A DNA stretch of 64,000 nucleotides from the human T2T-CHM13v2.0 reference genome, Homo sapiens. Positions within the stretch are counted from its first letter, which is position 1; each line of letters begins with the position of its first letter. The position numbers and the translations under genes were made by a program. The stretch is from assembly GCF_009914755.1 (NCBI RefSeq), contig NC_060928.1. The stretch is one strand, 5' to 3'. This document shows, piece by piece, positions 41,576-57,488 of this stretch. The notes beneath the pieces were generated by a model. The model was not told the DNA's origin, did no database searches, and saw nothing but the letters and a program-made list of their open reading frames with translations.

Positions 41576-41919
41576 ACGTAATCAAAAGATAAAAGAACAT
41601 CTTTATACACAGATTAATTTTAAATTGACCCATTAGGAACCTCACAAATTTTGGTTCTATATAGGGGAGATGCCTATGATGTGCCTGTTACTTTTACATT
41701 CAGATCCTTTAATGCTCATGACAAACCTGTGAGGTGGGCGGAGTCAGACTAATTTGCTGAACAATTACCAAATGGCCAAGATTCAAACCACAAGGACAAT
41801 TCCAAAGCCCGTGAGCCTTTTATACGTTGTTTAATTTCCATAAATCACCATAAACAAAAATCTTCTTTCTCCTTTGCTCCTCTCTTTCCATGCTAGACCC
41901 TGTACTTACTTACTCATTA

Positions 41920-42145
41920 AGAGAAGTGTTTTAGAACTTGGCTCTGGAATTGCACAACCCTGGGTTTGAATCCCACAGATCTACCACATATAGATAGCCT
42001 GACCTAGGGCTAACCTATCAACCTCTGATCCTTGATTTCTTATTCGGTAAAAAGAAAGTAACAAAACTAGTTGCCTCATGAAGTTATTGTGCAAATCCAA
42101 TATAATGCCAATGAAGTGCTCAGTCCTGGCATGCAATTATGCTCA
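41920..42145 (+). mobile_element. MIR
   Basis: ggctctggaatt...cctgggtttgaatccc...gacctagggc...tgcctcatgaagttattgtg. Confidence 0.6.
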
Positions 42146-42372
42146 ACCTTAACCTTCTACAAAGATTCTATCAAGACATCAATTTTATTACCTCTGGTAT
42201 AAAAGACATGGAGCTCAGAAAGTAGTTGAATGAAGAGATCCTGACTATGGAAGGAAGAGTCTGTCTGTGGGTATAGGGGTCACGGTGTGGTTTGACTTCC
42301 TGGAGGGAGATGAGATGATAGGAGGTGGGGGCCCGAGACGGTACCCTAGTAACACTAACACTTAAGATATGG

Positions 42373-42710
42373 GGCTGGGTGCGGTGGCTCATGCCTGTAA
42401 TCCTAAGTATTTTGAGAGGCTGGGGTGGGAGGATCCCCTGGGCCAGGAGTTGGAGACCAGACTGGGTAACAGCCAGATCCTCTCTCTCCAAAAAAAAAAA
42501 AAAAAAAAAAAAAAGCCAGGTGTGGTGCCGCACACCTGTAGTCCCAGCTACTGGGGAGGTTGAGGGAAGATGATGGCTTTGTGGGGGGAAGGGAGGGAGA
42601 GAGGAAGAGGGAGGGAGGGAGGGAGGGAGAGAGGAAGAGGGGGAGGGGGATAGGGGGTGGGGGAGAGGGGGAGAGAGAGACTCTGTCTCAAAAATAAAAA
42701 ACAGAAAAAA
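42373..42710 (+). mobile_element. Alu (AluJ-like) with part of the right arm replaced by a G/A-rich tract
   Basis: Left arm, long central A run, right-arm start, polypurine tract 42583-42680, then ctctgtctc and A-tail. Confidence 0.85.
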
Positions 42711-44430
42711 AGGGACGGAAGGCAAGAATCTACCAAAAGAGACAAAAAAGGAATACTCAACGGTAGAAGAAAAAGCAGGAAATATTAAGTTTTTGGAAAT
42801 TAAGTGAGGTCAGAGCTTAAAGAAATATAAGATGGCTAACACCAATTGCTGTGGAAAGTAGCAAACAGACTGAAGACTATTAGCCAGTGACTAGACTGAG
42901 CACTTGGAAGGTACCTGGTGAGGCTACAGAAAGGAAATTGATACTAGTGGAGTGTGAAGGCCATCTGTGAAGATCTAAGGCATGCAGGAGGACTGAGAAT
43001 ATGGAATAGTGAGTGTATATACTCGAGGCAAGGCACAGGGGTGAGGAAGGGGTTAGGAGCAGGTGTGAAGGAGGGAAAGGATGTGAGGAGCAAGAATGGG
43101 AAGGGCCTCAGAGCTGACAACATTTAGAGACCATTGCATTGAATCTGGAGAAAGAAAGGATCAGGGCCCTCAAATTTTAAAGTGGCAAAGTTTATGCTGA
43201 TACCTGTATCTGTGCAGTAAAATTCTGAATGAATATTGTGTTTGTCTTGCCTTAGAAACAGTGAAAGTGAAAATGTAGGTTAGCTGTGGAATTTGTCAGG
43301 TTGAGAGGCTGTTTTGGTTTAGAATGAACTATCTTAAGCAAAGGAGTTAAAATTAGCTGATGCTAAGGACAAGAGTGTCTGAAGAGAGAACTGAAGGAAG
43401 AATGACAAGGTGGTGGGGGTGTGGGCATGGTCGACACCTGTACCAGCAGACATCCTAGGCGATGACATGACATTCTAAACAGTTACATGATCTCTTGAGA
43501 CCCAGCTGGACTCCTCTACTTTCTGTGCAAAAGCCTCTAGCAGCAGCTCAGCAGCCACAAAATCTGTGTTCACGGTGGCCGCTATTTTGTGTTGATGATC
43601 ACTCATATTCATCTTGGAAGGGCTGTCAGGGATGCGGGGGTTGGGAAAAAGGAAGAAGCATTGCTACCAACTACCAGGGCAAACCAAACAGGTCAACTGC
43701 TTTCAAGAACTAAATGTTATGAGAATTTAAGTTGTTGTTATTGCTTTTTTCTCCCACTCAGGTCAATTAGGGATGGGAAATAAACTATTTCTATTGCTAA
43801 AATAGGTGCTGTGCAAAGATCCCAAGCCAGCTAAGTCCACTATCTCTTGAGCCCAAATGAAATAAAGGACCCACAGCAGAACTCTGCAATCTCCCAGATC
43901 CCAGTGTTGGAGCATGGCCAGTACTTACACTGGAACAAGATCTTGATGTAGGCGACAAGCAACATGTGGGAGACTAGAAAGAGTTTTGCTCGAGGCACTG
44001 TACCACCTGCTCCTATGGTTAGGGGTTTCGCTCACGGAAAACTGCCTATAACTTTATCCCTGCCTATTTTTATTATTAAACATATGCCAATACACAAAAT
44101 ACAATGTATTCAAGAAGTCCTATGTCTACTAAGAAATACTTTTAAGTCACATGTGAAAAGTCGTCCCTCTTGTATTTTTTTCTTTTTGATGGAGTAGGGA
44201 GCGAAGGGAAGGTCAGGTATAAAACCCTATAAGGACGCCGTTGATAGAAAAACCTAAATATTGTGACTGATCAGAATTAAGAGTTCTTATTGAAGAAAAA
44301 AATATTTCCTATGTAAAGACATGTCTGGTTTTGATTTAACCTGTAATTTAATAAATTTATAATTTTCTAAAAATTGTTTCTGAAGAAATGATTGACAAAT
44401 AGAAACTACTAACCAGTTCATTGATCATAC

Positions 44431-44599
44431 CTGAGAATATGGCGAGAGTTAGCTCAGGATACGCCCTTGCTAGTTCCTCGGACAACTGATAATATGAAAC
44501 AGAATAGAGATGTGGTAGAGGAGACAGCTGGCTGAGTACTCCATCTGTTCTCTGAACCTCCAATTTGTGAGCATAGCGAAACATCTTCGGTTCCAGAAT
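44431..44599 (-). CDS. FRYL: FRYL coding exon (169 nt, phase 0-1)
   Basis: ctatag|ILEPKMFRYAHKLE...AYPELTLAIFS|gtatga. Confidence 0.93.
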
Positions 44600-44695
44600 C
44601 TATAGGAATGTGATTCCATCAACTTAGGTTAAGATTTTATGGGTTCTCTAAAGTTTAACTATAATTTTATAATTTTTAAAAAAACTCTTCTCCCC

Positions 44696-45008
44696 AGCTG
44701 AGTGGAGTGGCTTATGCCTGTAATCTCAATACTTTGGAAGGCAGAGGTGGGAGGATCACTTGAGGCCAGGAGTTCCAGACTAGCCTGGCCAACATAGCAG
44801 GACCTCATCTCTACAAAAAAATTAAAAAATTAGCCAGATGTGGTGGTGTGTGCCTGTGGTCCCAGCTACTCAGGAGGCTGAGGGTGGAGGGTCACTTGAG
44901 CTCAGGAGGTAGAGGCAGCAGTGAGCCATGACTGTGCCACTGTACTCTAGCCTGGGTGACAGAGTGAGACCCTATCTCAAAAACAAAATGAAACAAAACA
45001 AACAAAAA
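44696..45008 (+). mobile_element. Alu (AluJ-like)
   Basis: Dimeric Alu; TSD aaaaactctt(t)ctc. Confidence 0.92.
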
Positions 45009-45809
45009 CTCTTTCTCACTAAAAGAATTTACATTCCTCGTATTTAATGCCAATGATCCAGGTTAGTAACACAGTCTGAAAATAACTCCAGCAACTTAAT
45101 ATACGATTACTTGAAAAAGATTTACCACTTTTCTCGCACAAAAATATGGTAGTACAATATATGCATAAGTGAAAAAAAAAAACCCTTCAAGGAGGACCTT
45201 TCGACATTACACTATTTAAAGAGCTGTACTGCTGAACTTTCCTCTTAATTAACAAAGGCATTAGGGTATAATTCCTAAGATGGATCTACTGGCATCAGAA
45301 CCACTTCAGAGCCTTTGGAAAAAGCACCTACTTGAATCCTATTCTTAGCCCTTGGTTAAGATGGAAGAATCTTGCCCTATTATGAATTAGTTAAGTATTG
45401 CATACTAACAATATATCCGTGTTTGGTAAGTTAACTTTCTAAGTTATTTCTCCTCAACCTAATAAAGAAAATTTACATGAGAATATGATAAAAAGAGCTA
45501 ATTATTTTTCACATGGCTCTCCAAAAAAATTTGGACACACATTGTTCTCATCTGCTGAACAGAAATACTTACATGGACACATATTTATAAGTACCTTCAT
45601 ACACATACACACACATTATCATAAATAATCCTTCTACAATACACTTAGGAATAGTCTGCATTACTTATAAATTTAAATATCTATATTATCTTTGTCTTAT
45701 ACTTCTAATAATAATTAGGCCTTGATACCATAACTTCTTTACTATAAATAAAGCTAAATACTATTATCAGTATGCTTTAATAGCAAGACTAAATTATTGG
45801 GCTTCATTA

Positions 45810-45971
<162 letters not shown>

Positions 45972-46151
45972 TTAAGTAAATAACAATGTTTAGAGGCTTT
46001 TGCACCATTTAATAAATATGATATGCAAAGGGCAAGGCTTATAGGCATCTATCTTCTAAGCCTATGAGGAGACTTGGTTTTTTCAAGGCAATAGGTACAA
46101 CAACAGATGCATGGTGATAATTGTCCTTATTTTGGTTAAATTCCATTAGAG

Positions 46152-46337
46152 CACACGTGTTCAACCTTTTGGCTTCCCTGGGCCATATCAGAAGAATTGT
46201 CTTGTGTCACACATAAAATACACTAAAAACAGCTGATGAACTAAAAAAAAAAAAAAAATCCATGCATAATTTTTGTAATATCCACCACCACAGATAAGCA
46301 AAAAGGTCCTCACATTCAAAGGGTTAGACACGGCTGC
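46152..46337. mobile_element. MER30-like hAT element
   Basis: aaccttttggcttccctgggcca...gaagaattgtcttg...cacacataaaatacactaa...cagctgatgaactaaaaa. Confidence 0.72.
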
Positions 46338-46361
46338 ATTTGAGCTTAAGAAAAGAAAATA

Positions 46362-46818
46362 CAGTCAACCCTCTGTGGATCAAAAATATGAGGGAAAGGC
46401 CAAGCGCGGCAGGTCATGCCTGAAATCCCAGCACTTTGGGAAGCCAAAGTGAGAGGCCAGGAGTTCAAGACCATCCTGGGCAACATACGTAGTGAGACCT
46501 CGTCGCTACAAAGAATTTAAAAATTAGCCAGGCATGGTAGTGGGAGCCTACAGTCCTGGCTACTCGGGAGGTTGAGGTGGGAGGATCACTTGAGCCTAGG
46601 AGTTTGAGGTTACAGTGAACTATGATCATGCCACTGCACTCTAGCCTGGGTGACAGCGAGACCATGTCTAAAAAAAAAAAAAAAGGAGTATACGGGAGGA
46701 TTTGCATAGAGTAAATACAAATACTACAGCATTTTATATAGAAGGCTAGAGCATCCATGGATTTTGGGATCTGAGAGGGGTCCTGGAACCAATCCCCCAC
46801 AGATACTGAAGGACAACT
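46362..46818 (-). mobile_element. MER2-like (TcMar-Tigger) element split by an Alu
   Basis: gagcatccatggattttgggatctgagaggggtcctggaaccaatcccccacagatactgaaggacaact; opposite end acagtcaaccctc. Confidence 0.75.
46398..46684 (+). mobile_element. Alu (AluJ-like) inserted in a MER2 element
   Basis: Dimeric Alu with small left-arm deletion. Confidence 0.9.
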
Positions 46819-46819
46819 A

Positions 46820-47065
<246 letters not shown>

Positions 47066-47799
47066 CTAGGTAAAGGTTGTGAAATTGCCCGAGAGAGAAC
47101 GTTATATATTTTTTGTCTATTTCCCTATAGTTCTTACTAAAGTAATATAGTGCATATATTCATTGTAATTAATAGAAAAATTCCATCTCCTTTTGTTCAC
47201 CTCCCTCTCATTTTATTCAGCCAGCAGAAAAAACCACACAGATGAACTGAATTTGGCCTCTCGCTTTTTACGCGAGCCTCTCTAGTATGATTTTGTCTTC
47301 CAACAGAGCCCTGAAGGCAGTTAATGAATATGAATAGTGATTAGGTGCTTTCAGAAAAATGAGTCATTAACCTCTCCAATTATTTTTATCAAGCTTTATT
47401 CTTGTTTTTGATAACCCAATAGAAAAACTGTTCTGAGGGGAAAAAATGTAAGTCCTATTTTAAATTGTGAAGTCTGTATATGTACAATATGAGAGTAAGG
47501 AAGGCAGAGTGTGGAGGGCAAGGAGGAATGATTAAATGGAAAGTGGTTAAAAAAACGAAATGAAACATAGCAAATAACATATTTTTCCCATGCAGCTCAA
47601 TATGTTCTATGCTGGTATTTTATTTATTGACTTAGAACCCTGTTGAGAGACACATACCACTGTATTAATCCTATAATATAAAAAGGGAAATGAAAATTAT
47701 TCAAATTAATGATACATAAGAATTGGAACGTTTTTACATTATGGGATCCTATTTAACTTTATATAATATGCTTTTTGCATATGATCCTAACCTATCTTA

Positions 47800-48021
<222 letters not shown>

Positions 48022-48485
48022 TTAGAATTACATTTAACAAATTTAAGAGGTTAAATGTTGGTTGCTTAATGAGAAGAGGCAAAATACTTATCTAGTCACA
48101 ATACTTTAATCTTTTTTCTTTACAAATTATTTTTTAAAACTGAGAAATTTATTATGAGTAAGTAAATATGATACCAAATTAGACATGGAGTTTGAACAGT
48201 ACTGGAAGGGAAGATAAAAAGACCAAGAAAAAGTAATTAAGTAAGGGAAAAAAAGGCATTTCTTTCAAGTAATCCTAAGTTCTTTAAGATAATGGTGATC
48301 AAATTTGAGTAGATTCTGGAACTGTTTTTCATTGTATTTTATGTATTTAAATATAACTTATGGTATAAGTTTTGAATATGGCAGAAAAACATTTTAATAC
48401 TCTCAGATCCTCTTTTTAATACTAGTGACTGAGAGACTTAAAAATACTTAACTCTGCTCTTAAGAAAAAAGAAATCAGGTTTCTA

Positions 48486-48710
<225 letters not shown>

Positions 48711-50180
48711 TTATACCAACATGTTATTGAATGTGTAATAGTGTAAAAAAGAAAGCAGAAGTTTTCATTTTAAACTATCAAAAACCTCCGCGGTAGCAGG
48801 GATCATTTATATATATGCAAATCACAGAAACAAAGTTGCAGTCTGTGTCACCCTGTCCCAGCATTACATGACATAGAGCATCTCTGCAAGCAGAAATTCC
48901 ATGGCAGGCTCAATGGCACATGAAGGCTGGCACAGAGGTGGGGCCAGGAGTCCATTTCTCCCTGGGCTATCACTGGCTATATGGTAAGATTGGCCAAGAT
49001 TTTAACACAGACACACCTCTGTATCTTGGTTCACTGGTAAGTAAGGGCTTTGGACGAGATACGTGTTTTCAAACTTTCTATTTTTTTTTTTCAGCAGGAA
49101 AGCTGCCTTTTCCTGCTAAAGGAAGCTTACATGTAATCTCAGTATATAAAACAGATAAAAGGGCAGTTCAGGCCTAGTGTCCAAACACATTCTGCTGCTT
49201 TCTGCGGATGGCATCAGAGAACCTCAGGGCTTTGAGAAACACCAAAGTTTGAAAACCACTGGTTTAAATGATCTCCAAGGATTTTTTTCCCCCATTTTGA
49301 AATTCTACTATATAATTTCTCTACATCTATCCTTCTTGAAGAAACTCAGCAGTATCACAATAAACCAATGTGGAAGTTGTAAAAGTGTTTAGTAATAGAC
49401 TAAACCACATCTTTATATTAGTGAGCTTCAGATCAGAAAATTTCGAAAAAAATATGCTCTTTTCCTTTGACAGTGTCATTTTCCTTTCAAAGATGAAAAC
49501 AAGGCTCCTACAGTTGAAATTGACATATGTAATTAAGTGCTTAATGACCCTGTTATAAAATACAACCCATGTTCTTTAGGTATCCACTGTCTGTATATAC
49601 TATTCAAAATAACAATGTGACTTTAATTTTTCAAAGAGAAAAAGAAACACTTATAGTGTATGCCAAAGGCTAGTCACATTACTTCTTACAGTTGTAAATA
49701 ATTTAACTTTTAAAAATGTAATTGTGTATATTAATCTTCCTAGTATCTAAACCAGTATCTGTCGATATAGAACCTACTCAATAATTGGAACATATCTGGT
49801 AAATCAGTAACACGGTATCCTTGTTACATTTTGTATTTATGGCCTATACTCTTTTCCCATTATTCAAAAGTATCTTCTTAATTTTATTCTCAATTATCAT
49901 GAGACACTGCACTCTGCTTATTGCATCTAAAACAAGGCTATCCTAAAGAGCTTATTCTATTGATTTCTCCAGGTTTTTGTGTCAGTATCCTGATTATTAC
50001 TGAAATTCTATGCTGGGTTGCTTTTTTATTTCTAATCAGTGACAATAATTCAAAGGGAAAACAAACTCCAGCCATCCAGGTTATGCTGACATATTTTTCC
50101 AGTATGTTCATACGTTACTTTATCAACTTAGATTATTAAACCTCAAGGAAAGAAAAAATATGACGGTTCCTTAATACTCA

Positions 50181-50453
<273 letters not shown>

Positions 50454-50945
50454 TCAAAATCAGAATAATACATGTTAATTTTGCATGCTCATGGCAGCAC
50501 GCAACTTAATATATGAAAATTAAATGAATATGATTTTGCTTACTTTAATATGAAAATAGATGGTGCTTCTTAATCTAGGAACTGCTATTGCAATTTATAT
50601 TATTCAACTCCATATCTAACTTAAATCAACTCAGTGCTAAATGTTGTTTCCTCTCTGTGAAACACACAGATTTCTAAATACAGAGACAGGAGGCATATGA
50701 AATGGGGAGGATCAGTTTAGAAAAGTAGAAAGAGGAAAGACTAGTTCTATTTATTCATAGCTGCCATGTCTATTCATATTGTGCCTTCAGCATAATTAAA
50801 TATCTATTAGTCACTTAGTAACATTCTGGGATAGGTATTATCAGGGATGCAAAAATCTAAGAGAATTCTTGTAAGAATAGGGTAGAGTACTGGGTTTCAA
50901 AACCTTTCTATACCTATGAAATTGCCTTTAAGAATATCTGCAATG

Positions 50946-51222
50946 CGCTGGGCGCGGTGGCTCACACCTGTAATGCCAGCACTTTGGGAAGCCAAGGTGG
51001 GTGGATCACTGAGTCCAAGAGATTGACACCAGCCTGTGCAACATGGTGAAACCCCATCTCTACAAAAAATACAAAAATTTGCCGGGCATGGTGGTGCACG
51101 CCTGTAGTCCCAGCTACTCGGGAGGCTAAAGTGGGAGGATTGTTTGAGCCTGGGAGACCTGTGATCTAGTCACTGCATTCCCGCCTTGGTGACAGAGCAA
51201 GAGCCTGTCTCAAGGAAGAAAG
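50946..51222 (+). mobile_element. Alu (AluJ-like) with right-arm deletion
   Basis: TSD tatctgcaatg on both sides. Confidence 0.9.
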
Positions 51223-51679
51223 ATGTATCTGCAATGAGGTTTTCTTTGAGGCAAGGGATCTATGTCTGCGCCTGGCAACCACTGACTGACTGATGGAGTA
51301 TTTGGTTAGAGTCAGAAGTCCTGGATTCCTGTCTTGTTTCACCAATCATTAAGCATATATCCAGTATTTACTCCAGAGTGTTTTAGTAAGGATGTAAATG
51401 AACTGCTATATACGAAAAGGCCTAGTAAACAATAAGTGCTATATAAATGATTAGCTATTACATATGCATTTGTTTAGGTCAGCTTTTTCTTATTATGTTT
51501 GAAAATTACTTCTAATATATATTATTTTAAAGGTAATTTTTTTTTTACTAGTTATGAGTAACTTCGGAATAAATACCCTAAACCCATGAAAACAAGAGTT
51601 AGGAGTGGCAATGGTACTACAGTATATTAACTAGATCAGTCTACAACAATAAATATGTATTGAATGAATCAATGTATGA

Positions 51680-51744
51680 CCTTTATTCCTTAAATAAGTG
51701 TTTTTCAAATTTTTTCCTTTATTCCTTAAATGAGTGTTTTTCAA
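51680..51744. repeat. Short direct duplication, 37-bp period
   Basis: cctttattccttaaat(a/g)agtgtttttcaa occurs twice. Confidence 0.8.
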
Positions 51745-52259
51745 GCTCTGGATCATGACCTACTAGTGGATAGGAAACTGATTTAGTGGACTACAACCTG
51801 TACCAGAATAAAATCTTCATTAATCTAACAAATATTCATTACCTTCTATGTGTCAGGCACATGAAATCCACTAGGTGAACAAAACAAAGCTCCCTGTCTT
51901 CTTGGCATTCAGAATTCATTTTTTTCCGTAGCCATGAAAATTTAAAAATCCAGAATAGCAATAACTTTCTATTAATAACTCTTTAAAAAATACTTCAAAA
52001 CAAAATACACAACTGGGTTCAAAAATCATTATTGCTTAATAGTCATATAGTTTTTGGTAATTTTAAATACAGCAAAATTTTGCAGTCCCCAAAATAGAAC
52101 CATTCAAAGATTCTTCTACGAATGCTACAATTAAAGCAACCAAAGAAGATTCAGATGTGTATCAGGTTGTTAATTTTTTGCATCAAGCCCACAAGTTTCA
52201 ATTTCACTTTTCCTAACTTTAACTCTTATTTTTTGTGGAGGAAAGAAAAGAGAATAGTA

Positions 52260-52587
<328 letters not shown>

Positions 52588-52774
52588 TAAGAAAGAAAAG
52601 TAAATCAATGGTTTAAATACTCTGATTAAAAATCTATTTTGAAAGTATTTGTCAAAAGCATTCAATGCTACATATGAAAGGTGTTCGGTAAAATAAATAA
52701 TTGGGAGAAATGCTAAAGGAATAATGCTGTGCAGTTATCATAGTTACTACACTTGTTGGATTAATAATACTTCT

Positions 52775-53076
52775 TTTTTTTCCTTTTTGTTTCAAGACAA
52801 AGTCTCGCTCTTTTCCCAGGCTGCAGTGCAGTGGCATGGTCAAGGCTCACTGTAACCTCAATGTCCTGGGCTCAGGTGATCCTTCCACCTCAGCCTTCCA
52901 GGTATCTGGGACTACTGGTGTCTGCCACTATTCCTGGCTGATTGTTTGCGTTTTTTATAGAGATGGGATTTTGCTATGTTGCCTAGGCTGGTCTCCAACC
53001 CCTGGGCTCAAGTGATCCACCCATCTCAGCCTCCCAAAATGCTGGGATTACAGGCGTGAGCCACTGCACCTAGTCC
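52775..53076 (-). mobile_element. Alu (AluJ-like)
   Basis: cctgggctcaggtgatcc...ctcaagtgatccacccatctcagcc. Confidence 0.88.
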
Positions 53077-53766
53077 ATTTTTTTTTCCTTAAGATATCTT
53101 TTCAGTGACCTTTTTGGATATGGTCACATCTATTATATTTCTCCTTCAACGGTCAGGTAACACCATTATCCTCCTAAGGAAATAGTTATTTTTCAACATT
53201 CAGCTGATGGAATTTTCCTCAAGGGGCTGGGCTTAGTGTGAAGATGCCTTTACTGCGGCAATATCTCCAGGTTTCATGGTTTTATCTGTGAATGGTGGAA
53301 AACAGTTATGAATTATATTTGTAAGATTTCATAATTTTCCCTGGCAGGATAGATAGCAAGTTCATTTGAATAAATTTGTAAGCCTTACAATGTTTAGCCT
53401 GTGAATATATTATTTTTTCAAGCTCAGAAGAAAAACATCTTTAAAATGAGGTAAGAAAAAGGAAAATCTTTTTTCCTTTGTGACAGAAAAAGCTACCACT
53501 GTCCACTTGCCAAGATAACTAGGTTCCAACAAATATCAAAATCATAGGAACATTATATCCATTTTTTGCCAGAAGCAATCCAATTCTGGTAGTAGATTTT
53601 TCAATACATTTTTAGCTACTGGTCAGTGTATCGAATGCATATTTATTTGTTAAATAATTTTCACAGTGATACATACAGGTTTTCTTGTTGCAATGGTGCT
53701 TTTCTGTTTTTATACATTTCATGAGCGAAAAGAGATTACGTTCTCTAGGATCATTCCAGAGTTTTA

Positions 53767-53880
<114 letters not shown>

Positions 53881-55708
53881 CTATTCCAAAGATACAAACA
53901 CATTAATTAAAATCCTGCTGGTGTAACTTGGAAAGAATAATGTGACTGCCTCAGAGAGAGGTTCTGGGCTCACTGAAGTTATTTTGCTTGTACAGTGTAG
54001 ACTGTGGGTACTCTGGTAGCTACTGCCTCAAAGAGGTATGAGTGAACAGTTTGAAATGAATGAGTCAAATAAGGTCACATGACATCTTACATGGTGACAA
54101 CCCCTGTGTGTCAGGGGAAGTAAAATACTACATTTTTAGGTTATTTGCTAATCAGACAGTTTTGGAATTGAAGCAATTAGTAAACTGTTATCATGGAATT
54201 ATAAGGAATCCCTAATACCCTCCCAAAAATATGACAGAAGTATAGGGAAAACAATCCTAAAAAGGACTTAAGATTTTGCTCATGCCACAGTTTTCTACAC
54301 AACAATTTTGGCACAAAAAATATAAACAAATACAAGAAAAACTTCTTTACTCATTATGATATGAATAAATATGTTTGTATTACTAGGTCCAAAGAACTAG
54401 AATAATGCCCAGAATAATAGCTGTAACATTTCAACGTGATTCTGCTTCTAGCAGAAAGTCATGTAAGAGATATCAATCACCTATATCACCTTCTACTATA
54501 GGTCATTATTTCATTTGTGATGTAATTTTCATATTACAGAGCAAATTAAAACCATATTTACTAGTTGAAATTTCACTTTCTTGTCCATGACCCAATTTTT
54601 CTGCCTTCCAGGTGCATGATAATTTACTAATGACTAATCAATTACATTTACTTTTCTCTTGGCTCTTTCTAAAGTTGACAGCAATTCATTTGAAACAGGA
54701 TGATTTCTTATCAGTCTTTGAAGATTTCTGCAACTGGCTTTTGCAGTTTGGTTGGCCTGTTTTCATTTTGTCTTCACAGAAACAGTGTGAGTCTAAAGCT
54801 CTTCAACTATAACTCACATTCAAGGCACATCACTGCATGTGTTTAATAGCATTCCTTCTGAAATTCAGAAGAATAAATACTGCTATTTTGTTTTGTTTCA
54901 ATCTCACATTTCTCTAACAAGTCATCCAGCACTGTAACCAAACTGATCATTCTGAAACAAAAATCAAATCAATGACAAAATAGGAATACTATCATGACCC
55001 TACAGTGCTGAATTAAAGGAGAATGAGGAATTGCAGATGATGTTTCAAAGTCCCTAAACTGCAGGGATTATCACCATCTCCCTCTCCTGCTTAAATTCCT
55101 CAGGGCATCCCCAACATTAACAGCACTGATTCCCAAACAATGTTCTACAGCAGACTCATCTAAGATGCTTTACAAAAACAGACTTCTGGACCCTATTCCA
55201 GGGATTCTCATTCAATAGACCCAGGAGTCTAAAATTTTTAGCAAGCTCCCCAGGTAACTCTCAGATGCCACAGGCACAGGAACTACTGTTCTACTGGTTA
55301 AAGCTAAAGCTAGTAGTTTTTCATGAGATATTTCTCATCTTGCTATCCAGCCTAATATTCAATCACTTCCCCCATAATATAACTACACAGAAAAATTTGC
55401 AATTTCAAAATTCTTTGTAAAGTTTGCAAATGCTGTTCTTTGCCTAGAATACCTTTTTCCCTTGTTTGTCCACTGAGGAACGTGCTTCAAAATTCATCTG
55501 AAATATCAGCACTTCATCTATAATGCCTTCCTTACCCTGCAACCAGAGTCCCAGGCTTTCTTCTCTGTAGTTCTTAGAATCTCTTCTCTATGATTTTACT
55601 TGAGTGCGTAATAAATTGTTAGAATTAAGGTTTTCATAACCATCTGTCCCACTGGACCTATAGTTTCTGAAAGTTGCTCAGAACCTGTAGATTTGGGAAT
55701 CTAGGCTC

Positions 55709-55925
55709 AGTCTTGTGAAACTACATCCCATGGGCCAAATCTGGCCCACTGCTACCTGTCGCTGCAAATTTTTTACTGTTTTACTGGCAAACAGCCACAC
55801 TCCTTTTTTTATGTAGTTTACGAACGCTTTCATGCTACAAAGGCAGGGCTGAGTAGAGACAGTATGGCCTGTAAAGCCGAAAATATTTACCATCCGGTCC
55901 TTTGCAGAAAAAGTTTGCCAACTCC
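55709..55925. mobile_element. MER58A-like hAT element
   Basis: gggccaaatctggccc...ggcctgtaaagccgaaaatatttaccatccggtcctttgcagaaaaagtttgccaactcc. Confidence 0.8.
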
Positions 55926-56147
55926 ATTCTAGACCCTATTTTCTGCCCTCACTTAAGTTAAAGCAATTTTTCATCCGTTTTACATAATGGGTTTCTGCAT
56001 AAGATCTTCTGCGGGGAGGGGAAGTGTCTGCATCTTAAAAAGAAGAATACACTAGATAGTCTTCGTAATTTCTAACTTTTGATATAACATGTAAATATGG
56101 CAGAAAAATGAATGTTCACTAATACAAGGCTGCAGAACACAGCTCAC

Positions 56148-56205
56148 CTCTGGCCTTCTTTCGAGTGCTTCTTTAATTATGGGATGTAATTCCTCTATTA
56201 GTTCC
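56148..56205 (-). CDS. FRYL: FRYL coding exon (58 nt, phase 2-0)
   Basis: ttccag|ELIEELHPIIKEALERRPE|gtgagc. Confidence 0.92.
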
Positions 56206-56515
56206 CTGGAAGAAAAATGGTACATATTCTATTAATAGCTACACAGATATAATCTGACACAGGTAAATATGTAAAAACATGATGTAAACTGACAAGTGTT
56301 AATTCCAATCCTACTGTTTTAAACACAATGTCTATTTTTTTATTTGGTTTATAAAATAACACATTATATTATAGACTATTTGGAAACCAGAAAAAAAATG
56401 GTATAGGCCTCTTATTTTAATTTATAGAGGGAATACTACCAATATTTTTATTCAATCAGTTTGCAATCCACATACGTTTTACTTAGTTGAAACTGTTTTA
56501 TATAAAATGGTATCC

Positions 56516-56812
<297 letters not shown>

Positions 56813-57419
56813 TATTTTTCTTTTCTTACACTAACATAGTTAATTTTATATGCCAATAATTAATTCATGATATTCGAACATAGGGTGGGGTACCATAATT
56901 TTCCTAGACATTTTCATTTATTAATGAATCATTTTATTTTATCTAATTTTCTCTTACTAAAAATATTGCCTCTGTGAACAACTTTGTACATTTTTCACTG
57001 TTTTCGTTTCTATCCCCTTAGGATTAATTTTACAAATTAAATTAATGGGTCAAAGGGTATGAACTTTGTAAAAATGATAAATTTCTCTTTATTTATATTT
57101 TGATTTTAAATTGAAAATGTGCTTATTTTAAGATTGGGAAAATCTGAAAAAACATAAGAAGAAAAAAATCATCCACAATTTAATCATGTATCGAAAACTG
57201 CTGACCTTTAAAAGTGTCTCTGAATTGTTTCTAATTATGAGAATTTAATTATTTTAAGTTGAGATCACTTTTAAATCCTATTTTTTTCAATTAGCAGAAA
57301 AGTGTCTTTATCTGTCTTAAAATCTTTTTCCAAAACTTCATTTATAAGAAATGCTATCCCATACCTATAGATATATTACAATTTATTAACCTATTCTTTT
57401 TTACTTATTTTTATTTAAA

Positions 57420-57488
57420 TGTTCCTCTCTATGGAAATCTTTAGCAAAAGGCAAAAGATTTATACAATCTGAAGCGAAACCAGAGTAT
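57420..57488 (-). pseudogene. 3'-truncated retroposed U5 snRNA pseudogene (about nt 1-69 of U5)
   Basis: Minus strand reads ATACTCTGGTTTCGCTTCAGATTGTATAAATCTTTTGCCTTTTGCTAAAGATTTCCATAGAGAGGAACA, about 6-7 mismatches from U5 as I recall it. A-rich tail follows; direct repeat tattaacctattc at 57384-57396 and 57486-57498; no Sm site. Possibly the annotated RNU5E-3P (from memory, unverified). Confidence 0.9.

Noticed and set aside
43400-44100. Moderately GC-rich block with several short plus-strand ORFs
   Set aside because: No coherent coding signal or splice structure; probably an old LTR-type remnant I cannot name.
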